Source: Bacteroidia bacterium (GTDB taxonomy: Bacteria > Bacteroidota > Bacteroidia > NS11-12g > UBA955). From it: a stretch of 64,000 nucleotides of DNA. The notes under the pieces were generated by a model. The model did no database searches. It was not told the DNA's origin and saw only the letters and a list, made by a program, of their open reading frames with translations. The position numbers and the translations under genes were made by a program. Positions 8,582-16,199 of the stretch are shown here, piece after piece. Position 1 is the first letter of the stretch; every line of letters begins with the position of its first letter. Where the stretch lies: assembly GCA_044224315.1 (NCBI GenBank), contig JBGAKR010000001.1, positions 834,827 through 898,826 of the forward strand. Reading direction: 5' to 3'.

Positions 8582-11080
8582 TTATTCGTCTGTTTTTCTA
8601 TCAAATAAATGCAACTGCTTTGTATTTCCATCATCATCAACACCTTCAATTCTGATTTCAATACCCTTTTCCTTATATTCAATCAAAATTGAATTTACAA
8701 TTGATTTTTTTGTTAAATATCTAAATTCTTTAGTGTGGTGATTTATGTTGTTAATATAAGGTAAATTAAACTTACTAACCTCTGACAATGACCTGAAGTT
8801 GTGAATTTCTCCTTTACTAAATAAATTAATCTTGGGTCTCAATTTAAATTTAGTTGCTTTAGAAAATTGATTTTGAAATAAATCACGCTTTTCACTTATT
8901 AATGGGAAAAGTGAATTCTCCTTTGTTGCAACAAGTACAACTCCCTCTTCAAACCCTCCTCTTTTCTCACGTTTAGTTTTTGCTATTTTTTCTATTTCAG
9001 TAAAGTCAATTCCAAACGCTTTACAGCAACTCAATACAACCTCCAAGATATCAGCCAATTCCTCAATTGCAGCGTCATTATCCTTGCTCCAATAAAATTC
9101 CATTGCTTCTTCTACTGCTTTCTCCTTTAATAAAATAAGCAACTCTGAAGCCGAAACTTTCATTGATATTACTGTTTCATCCTTTTTTTCTATAAGAACT
9201 GGAATTTTATCTCTTACCAACTTATAAAACTCCACCATATCATTATCTACGTCAAATGGATTGATACTTCTCACCCTTACCCCTTGAGATTTAAATACAT
9301 AATATGGATGTGACAAAACACTACCTTCTAAATCTACTAAAATATTATTTTCAAAACAAAATTTCGCAATTCTTTCAATAAATTCTTTATCACGGTTTAA
9401 TACCGAATCTAATTTAATTAGCAGTTTGGTTTTTTGATGTTTGAAATTTTCAATTTCGCCAGATAAACTTTCAAAGTCAGAATTATTTTTGATAATAAAT
9501 CTTTTTTCACTAAAAACAACATCTGTAAAACTCTGTGCATTATCTGGAAGATCCTCAGTAGTATAATACCAAGGCAAAATCTCCGGGTATTTTTTTGATT
9601 CATTAATAAAAAACATAACTGTCACTGGCTTATTTAAAGCATCTGCAATTCTTTGAGTATAATTGGCTATTTCCAAAACTTGATTTTCGGTTAATGATGA
9701 CTTCCAATCATAATTAATACCTGCTTTCTTTGAATACCAGTTTCCGGACTTATCTATATCAATATAGCAATCCTTGCATCTAAGTTTTCTTTTTATTCTA
9801 TTTTCTAAAAGTCCTACATTAAACGAATCATGTGCATGAAAATACAATCCTTCTACAATTCCCCATGTCGAATCAATTCTCACTTTATTCAGGTTCGGCT
9901 TTGCAAAGCTCAATGCTCCAGATTTCGAACTAATAAATCTGTGGAAAATAAAACAATATTCACCAATTTTAATATTGTCTTTAGCGAATTTGCGAACAGT
10001 ACTAACAAGAAATTCTTTAATATCCTTTAAAGAATGAAGTGTTTCCGTTCTGGGAAGCAATGTTACTACTTTTGATTTAATATCGGTTCTTATTATAACC
10101 GGCTCTTGAATAATTTTTTTAATATCTGATATTAAAGCTACATCAAATTTTCCAGTTCCAATTTCACTAAGTATCTGTTCATTTTCTAATATATATACTT
10201 CCCAATATGGAAGATTCTCTTTCATAAAAGTATTTATACAATCTATTTTATGCCATTTGTTTAATGTAGTTTTAACGGTTTCAAAGACCTCCAAATCAAA
10301 CTCTGAATCTAGGCTCTTTTTCAGGTAACTTGCAGACCATTCACCTCCTGGCTTGCTTCCTTTAAAACTAAATATTTGTTCATCCATTTGAACGATCCAA
10401 AAATTCTTTCCATCCCATAACCATTCGACATGAAATCTAGAATTGAAAGACCCCAACCAAGATGCATATTTTTTAATACTTTCCCTTAATGTGCGTGTGT
10501 TTAAACAACTACTTATAGATAAATCAAGAATGTTAGAAGTTTGGTTAATTCGAATATTTGAATTCTCAATTACTCCATCTTTGACAAATTCCTGCTCTAT
10601 TAGCCAAATTTTTTTGTTTTTATCAATTCTTCTTTCATTGCTTAAATGTCCATTGATTATTGGTTTACAATATATTTGAATAATAATTGCAATGCTCTTG
10701 CAATCATTTTCTTTTGCGTATGCAATAACCTTTGAGATTTTTGTTTTTAAGTCATTATAATCACATTTACACTTTTCACTTAAATACTTACCTCTTAGTT
10801 CTATATCCTCATCAATTGCAGAAGATCTAACAATTAATTCCTTGACACCTTGATCTTTGAATAGTTTAAATACATATGATACCGCATCGTTCATCGAATT
10901 TGAAAATTGGCTGTTATTCTCATTCCAATCGTCATAGAATTGGTTTCCGATTACAGTAAATTTTGGTGTTAATAATCCATTGTTAATGAGTCCAATAGCC
11001 TTTGTTCCGCATTGTAGTAGATTCGGATCACTTTTTAATAAAGGTAGATACTTTGATATAATTTCAGGTTTCAAAATCAT
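8582..11080 (-). CDS. Multidomain protein: two PPDK/PEP-synthase-type ATP-grasp modules, phospho-His-like motif and MazG-like nucleotide pyrophosphohydrolase
   Basis: VRSSAIDED..GKYLS, IIIQ, VEW..IVQMD; second module IDSTWGIVEG; EGSVLSH; KLVRDKIP..EEA.EF..EELADILE..KREKRGGF; likely start ATG 11080 (MILKPE), which avoids overlap with the upstream gene. Confidence 0.8.
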   Translation of the reverse strand: MILKPEIISKYLPLLKSDPNLLQCGTKAIGLINNGLLTPKFTVIGNQFYDDWNENNSQFSNSMNDAVSYVFKLFKDQGVKELIVRSSAIDEDIELRGKYLSEKCKCDYNDLKTKISKVIAYAKENDCKSIAIIIQIYCKPIINGHLSNERRIDKNKKIWLIEQEFVKDGVIENSNIRINQTSNILDLSISSCLNTRTLRESIKKYASWLGSFNSRFHVEWLWDGKNFWIVQMDEQIFSFKGSKPGGEWSASYLKKSLDSEFDLEVFETVKTTLNKWHKIDCINTFMKENLPYWEVYILENEQILSEIGTGKFDVALISDIKKIIQEPVIIRTDIKSKVVTLLPRTETLHSLKDIKEFLVSTVRKFAKDNIKIGEYCFIFHRFISSKSGALSFAKPNLNKVRIDSTWGIVEGLYFHAHDSFNVGLLENRIKRKLRCKDCYIDIDKSGNWYSKKAGINYDWKSSLTENQVLEIANYTQRIADALNKPVTVMFFINESKKYPEILPWYYTTEDLPDNAQSFTDVVFSEKRFIIKNNSDFESLSGEIENFKHQKTKLLIKLDSVLNRDKEFIERIAKFCFENNILVDLEGSVLSHPYYVFKSQGVRVRSINPFDVDNDMVEFYKLVRDKIPVLIEKKDETVISMKVSASELLILLKEKAVEEAMEFYWSKDNDAAIEELADILEVVLSCCKAFGIDFTEIEKIAKTKREKRGGFEEGVVLVATKENSLFPLISEKRDLFQNQFSKATKFKLRPKINLFSKGEIHNFRSLSEVSKFNLPYINNINHHTKEFRYLTKKSIVNSILIEYKEKGIEIRIEGVDDDGNTKQLHLFDRKTDE

Positions 11081-11102
11081 TAATACTATCGATTTATATA
11101 CC

Positions 11103-11651
11103 TTAAGTCTTAGTTGGATTACTTTTCTCTGTAGCTCCAAATAACGCATTTGCTAATTCCGTCAATTTGCCAACGGCGGAATCAGAAAAATATCCCGATA
11201 AGAATGATAATCCAAACACTGAACTCTGACTACATAAAGCATCTCTAGAAAAGATTGTTAATATACCAGAAGAAATTAATACAATAATTACAAATGAGAA
11301 CCCCCCTGAAATATGCGGAGTAAAAATTCGCCACATGCGGCGGTCTTCATTCCAAGTAAACTTTGCAACTGTATGGTATAACCATTTGATACCAAAAATT
11401 GTCCCACCAAATGTCCCGCCTAACCAAGAAATTGCGTATTTACATGTAGTAGTATCAATGACCAGACTATTCATGAAATTGTTGTGAATAAAAAAAATTA
11501 AAATTGGTACAATAAAAAACAATATTCCCAAATATAATGCTTCAAAATGAATTTTCTTTAGCGCAGGTTTCTCATACCTTGACTTCCAGTCCCCTATTTT
11601 CCTTCCATCAGTTGGGGCACTTGGAGCAAATCCATTTTGATCATTTGTCAT
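11103..11651 (-). CDS. Small multi-pass membrane protein (about 4 TM), putative effector
   Basis: 182 aa; hydrophobic helices with GGTFGG, W..FTP..SG and FLSGYFSD motifs; 2 bp downstream of the HIT gene. Confidence 0.8.
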   Translation of the reverse strand: MTNDQNGFAPSAPTDGRKIGDWKSRYEKPALKKIHFEALYLGILFFIVPILIFFIHNNFMNSLVIDTTTCKYAISWLGGTFGGTIFGIKWLYHTVAKFTWNEDRRMWRIFTPHISGGFSFVIIVLISSGILTIFSRDALCSQSSVFGLSFLSGYFSDSAVGKLTELANALFGATEKSNPTKT

Positions 11652-11653
11652 AT

Positions 11654-12256
11654 TTAAATAGCTTTCTTAATCCTAATAATTGTATTTTTTATATTTTCGT
11701 TAAAAGGATATATTCTCCAATCAAACTTTTCACTCTGATTCAAGTATTTTGCTATTACTTTTCTAAATAATTGGCTAGGAATAGTATCCCCAAATGCAAC
11801 TTTTAATTCTCCACTATCATTTAGATATAATAGGTAGTCCTTTAAATTGAATTTAGGATTCTTAGCTATATCCAAAATTGAAACTAAAGATTGCCAGTCA
11901 TATTTAATTTGAAATAATTCATTAAGACCTTTAATTAGGTCAAATTGGAAAGGCAAAATATGTAGGTGTGCATAATCAACTGTGCAGCCAACTTCTGAAT
12001 AGATATCTTTTGCCCCGTGCTCAAAACAAATAACAGACGAATTATATTGGTTGCTTATTAATTTCCGTGTATTATCGACCAGATTTTCAAATTCAACTTT
12101 ATGACTCTCTGGCAAGCTGGCTAAGTTGATGTAATGATCCTTTGGTATTAATAGCATCCAACCTTCGACCATTGCGCCCAACGTTGGAATAACACGGAAG
12201 TTTTCACTTTCCAATATTGTAGTATTAAACTCCTTATCAAGAAAAAAATTTCTCAT
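11654..12256 (-). CDS. HIT-superfamily nucleotide hydrolase/transferase (CwfJ-like, FEHG type)
   Basis: G.MLLIPK.H, FEHG, GCTVDYAHLHILP, C-terminal SQLFRK..FDWR. Confidence 0.8.
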   Translation of the reverse strand: MRNFFLDKEFNTTILESENFRVIPTLGAMVEGWMLLIPKDHYINLASLPESHKVEFENLVDNTRKLISNQYNSSVICFEHGAKDIYSEVGCTVDYAHLHILPFQFDLIKGLNELFQIKYDWQSLVSILDIAKNPKFNLKDYLLYLNDSGELKVAFGDTIPSQLFRKVIAKYLNQSEKFDWRIYPFNENIKNTIIRIKKAI

Positions 12257-12344
12257 TACTCAGTTATTGTATGACAAATTAACAAAATATTTCAGTAGGA
12301 TTCAAGAATTATCGTTAAACCTTCTATTAAATTTATAATCGAAC

Positions 12345-14414
12345 TTACCACTCCAACAAATCCTGCAATACCTGCAAGGTTTTGTCGGCATTGGGCAGCA
12401 TTTCGGCTTCTAAGCCCATGTTTAAGGGTATGGCAGGTAAATTGGCGCTGCCCAGGGTTTGCACCGGCGCATCGAGGTATTTGAAACACTCTTTGCTTAT
12501 GCGGCCCGCTATGGCTTCGGCAAATGAATTGTGCAGGGTTTCTTCGGTTAATACCAGCACTTTTCCATGGCGTTTGGCCGCTGCATAAATGGCTTCATCG
12601 TCGCAAGGATTCAGGGTGCGTAAATCCAGAATTTCTACCTGTCCGGGTAATTTTTTGGATGCACTCAATGCCCAGTAAACACCCATTCCATAAGTAATTA
12701 CGGCTACCGATTCGCCCATTGCCATTTTTTCGGCACTGGCTTCCTGCACTATCCGCGCTTTGCCTAATGGAATTACATAATCCTCATCGGGTTCGGGGGT
12801 TTTAGCCGTTTCGGTGCCCGGCATTTTGCTCCAGTAAATACCCTTATGCTCAAATACCACCACCGGATTGGGATCGTAAAAAGCTGCTTTCAGCAAGCCT
12901 TTCATATCGGCCGCTGTACTTGGGTAAATCACTTTTATTCCCTTAATCTGCAATATGCTGCTTTCAACAGTACCGCTGTGGTAGGGTCCACCACCGCCAT
13001 AAGCCCCTGTGGGAACCCGAATTACCGAGGCAATAGGGTACTTACCCATGGTGAGGTAGCAACTTTTGCTCAGCTCCACCACCAATTGGTTTACACCGGT
13101 CCAGATATAATCGGCAAACTGAATTTCTACAATGGGCTTACATCCCACCGCACTCATGCCCTGGGTGCTGCCCACAATATAGGCTTCCTGAATGGGCGTA
13201 TTAAATACCCGTCCTTTGCCATATTTCTGGGCCAAAGTAGCGGCTTCGCGGAAAACCCCACCCAGCCTTATGCCCACATCCTGCCCGTATAGCAGGGCTT
13301 CGGGGTGTTTTCTCAATATTTCATCTACGGCAAACAAAGCGGCATCCACCATCATAATGGGCTCCTTGCCTTCAGGGGCACGTACACCTTTCTCTTCGGT
13401 AATGGGGGTGGGCGCAAACTCGTGCAGATACAAACTTTCGGGAGTTGGATCGGCTGCATTTTTGGCCCTTTCAAACGACTCTAAGGCAAATGCATCGGCC
13501 TTATCCTGCATGGCTTGCAGGCTTTCTTCGGTTTCAGCCAAATCCAGCAACAATTTTTTCATGCGCGGAAATGGATCATTCTTCTCGTGCTCGGCCATAT
13601 CATCGCGGTACCACTCGCTTCTAACTCCACTTGTATGGTGGCCCAGCAAAGGCACTTTTACATGCACCAGCATGGGCGAACGATTTTCGCGCACAAACCG
13701 GATGGCTTTTTCCATATCCTCGTAGCACTGCACAAAATCCGACCCGTTAATACGCATTCGGCGCATACCCTTAAAACCTGCGGCATAGTCAAACGCATCC
13801 ATGGCGCGCATTTCATCGCCACTGGCCGATATGCCCCAGTTATTGTCCTGTACCAGATAAAGTATAGGCAAATCATGCAACACCGCCATTTGAAATGCCT
13901 CTGCCACCTCGCCTTCGGTAACACTGCCATCACCGAAAGAACAAAGTACAATAGGTTTTTCGGCACTGGTGAGCAGGCCTTGCGCTTCCTGGTATTTTAA
14001 ACCATGCGCTGCGCCTGTGGCGGGTATAGCCTGCATGCCGGTAGCACTACTCTGGTGCGGCATTTTGGGCATGTCGGGCCTGTTGAGCGATGGATGAGAA
14101 TAGTAGGTGCGGCCCCCGCTAAACGGATCATCGGCCTTGGCCAACAATTGCAGCATCAGCTCGTAAGGTTGCATACCCATGCCCAGCAGCATGCTTTCAT
14201 CGCGGTAATACGGGTACGCTACATCAATGTTTTTAAGCAAAAAACCGGTGGCCAGCTGTATAGCCTCGTGCCCTTTGGAGGTGCTGTGCACATACTTGGT
14301 AATAGGGCGGTTTTCTTCATATATACGGGCCATTGCGCGGGCTGTACACATCAGGTCCCAGGCGCGCAGCAGTGTTTCTTTTCCTGTCATTGAATCATTT
14401 GCCTGTTTACGCAC
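12345..14414 (-). CDS. 2-oxoacid dehydrogenase E1, fused alpha/beta subunits
   Basis: ThDP motif GDGS..EG...QDN, GQDVG..GGVFR, NTPIQE, GGPYHS, DLRTL. Confidence 0.93.
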   Translation of the reverse strand: MRKQANDSMTGKETLLRAWDLMCTARAMARIYEENRPITKYVHSTSKGHEAIQLATGFLLKNIDVAYPYYRDESMLLGMGMQPYELMLQLLAKADDPFSGGRTYYSHPSLNRPDMPKMPHQSSATGMQAIPATGAAHGLKYQEAQGLLTSAEKPIVLCSFGDGSVTEGEVAEAFQMAVLHDLPILYLVQDNNWGISASGDEMRAMDAFDYAAGFKGMRRMRINGSDFVQCYEDMEKAIRFVRENRSPMLVHVKVPLLGHHTSGVRSEWYRDDMAEHEKNDPFPRMKKLLLDLAETEESLQAMQDKADAFALESFERAKNAADPTPESLYLHEFAPTPITEEKGVRAPEGKEPIMMVDAALFAVDEILRKHPEALLYGQDVGIRLGGVFREAATLAQKYGKGRVFNTPIQEAYIVGSTQGMSAVGCKPIVEIQFADYIWTGVNQLVVELSKSCYLTMGKYPIASVIRVPTGAYGGGGPYHSGTVESSILQIKGIKVIYPSTAADMKGLLKAAFYDPNPVVVFEHKGIYWSKMPGTETAKTPEPDEDYVIPLGKARIVQEASAEKMAMGESVAVITYGMGVYWALSASKKLPGQVEILDLRTLNPCDDEAIYAAAKRHGKVLVLTEETLHNSFAEAIAGRISKECFKYLDAPVQTLGSANLPAIPLNMGLEAEMLPNADKTLQVLQDLLEW

Positions 14415-14637
14415 AGGCGGTGCAAAAGTACAGGATTCGGCACTTTTTTATTGTGATTGTGCTACAAGTTCTAAGCAATTAATGGTAAAAACCAATTTCC
14501 GCTGTTCAATAAACAACCATTTTTTGAAAAAAGAAACCGTTCATTAAAATACATGATTAAGGTATTTGGAATGGCCATCATTTTTTGCCATAAGCATTAC
14601 GTAGAATTGATTTCCTTTTTTTACCAAATTGGATTCT

Positions 14638-14710
14638 TTTAACAGCCTGCATAAAGGTAATGTTAACGGCATAACAAAGAATATATACTTGCACTTCGAA
14701 GGCTGTTAAA
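14638..14710. repeat. 11-bp inverted repeat with ACAGCC/GGCTGT core
   Basis: TTTAACAGCCT (14638-14648) and AGGCTGTTAAA (14700-14710). Confidence 0.65.
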
Positions 14711-14998
14711 TATGATATTTAAACCTTATATAAACCTTATTTCTTCGATATAAAGCCAATGGTTGTTTTTTACTTTATTGCAATCTAAGTACACCATTTA
14801 CAACAATGTTGCATGGATTTTCGTAGCATTCGGGTAAAATTTTCTGCAATGGATGCAATTATTAATCTTTTACCTGAAACTACACGCTGCACAAGGCTTA
14901 AACAAATATACAAAACAGTATTGAAATTACATTCATAATCAGAAATTACAAGAATATTTATTTCATAAAAACAACCAAAATAAAGTATACTTGCATTT

Positions 14999-16144
14999 AT
15001 GCTAGGCTGGATAACACGATTTTTGCTATACATACTGGGGCTAATAGGCATTGCCTGCCTGGCCTTATGGATCTTTGGATATAGTTACCTTTTTAGGGGA
15101 GTAAGACTCAGTTATTTGAAAGGTTATACCTCGGCCAATATCTATGATGGCAAAGATTTCGACACGCGCAAAGTTCAGCGTGGCAATAAAGTTTCGGCCC
15201 TGCCTAAGGCTTTTATGTTTAACCAGATTGCTTTGTCGGATTCCCTGAATAAAATGCTGGAACTAACAGGTTCAACCTCTTTTATGATTGTAAAAAACGA
15301 CAGCATTGTGTATGAAAAATATTTTTCAGAACATACCGAAACCTCGCGCAGCAACAGTTTTTCAATGGCAAAAACCATTACCACTTTGATGGTGGAAATG
15401 GCCATAGAGGAAGGTAAAATTCCGGGCTGGGAAACCCCTGTAAAAAAATACCTGCCCTGGCTGCAGGGGCCATACGCCGATGCACTTACCCTGCGCAATT
15501 TGAGCAATATGACGGCAGGCCTGGATTGGTCGGAAAACTATTACAACCCCTTTGGCATTACCGCCGAAGCCTACTATGGTTACAATATCGAAAAAACCAT
15601 GCACCGCGTAAAAGTGGTAGACAAACCCGGACAAAAATTTGTGTACCAAAGTGGCGCCACCCAGCTGCTAGGGCTGTGTTTGCGCGCAGCTACCGGTAAA
15701 AACCTGTCTGATTATGCGTCGGAAAAACTATGGCAACCCCTGGGCGCCGAAGCCGATGCCACCTGGCATACCGACGATAAAAACGGCACGGAACTAAATT
15801 ATTGCTGCTTTAATGCCGTTACCCGCGATTTTGCCCGCCTCGGACAAATTATTCTGCATAATGGAAGCTGGAATGGGCACAAGTTTGTGGATAGCGCTTT
15901 TGTAGCAACCATGCGCAAAATGGTGCACGACTCATCTTACGGTCAAAGCCTATGGCTGGGCCATACGGGCAATGTGAAGTGGTGCCTTTTTCAGGGTACC
16001 CTGGGTCAGTACATTATTGTAATTCCTGAAAAAAACATCCTAATTATCCGTACAGGAAATCATCAGAAAAAGGGCAAACGCCGGCTCGCAGACTGCATCT
16101 ATACCTATGCAGAAGAGGTTTTAAAAAACCCAGCTCTAAGATAG
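14999..16144 (+). CDS. Serine hydrolase, beta-lactamase/AmpC-like family
   Basis: SFSMAKT (SxxK), F.YQSG, N-terminal TM anchor. Confidence 0.9.
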   Translation: MLGWITRFLLYILGLIGIACLALWIFGYSYLFRGVRLSYLKGYTSANIYDGKDFDTRKVQRGNKVSALPKAFMFNQIALSDSLNKMLELTGSTSFMIVKNDSIVYEKYFSEHTETSRSNSFSMAKTITTLMVEMAIEEGKIPGWETPVKKYLPWLQGPYADALTLRNLSNMTAGLDWSENYYNPFGITAEAYYGYNIEKTMHRVKVVDKPGQKFVYQSGATQLLGLCLRAATGKNLSDYASEKLWQPLGAEADATWHTDDKNGTELNYCCFNAVTRDFARLGQIILHNGSWNGHKFVDSAFVATMRKMVHDSSYGQSLWLGHTGNVKWCLFQGTLGQYIIVIPEKNILIIRTGNHQKKGKRRLADCIYTYAEEVLKNPALR

Positions 16145-16199
16145 TTGTAGTAATAATGTTAGTGATTGAAAACCCCTATATTGCAAAACTTTTTTGCCA

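Noticed and set aside
11081-11149. N-terminal extension of the 855-aa ORF in the track
   Set aside because: Overlaps the upstream membrane gene; ATG 11080 is the more plausible start
12345-14414. Two fused E1 alpha/beta dehydrogenases in one window (second at 62218)
   Set aside because: Both fused paralogues are ordinary in this phylum
14999-16144. Antibiotic-resistance beta-lactamase
   Set aside because: Motifs fit the broad AmpC-like serine hydrolase/esterase family; resistance cannot be inferred
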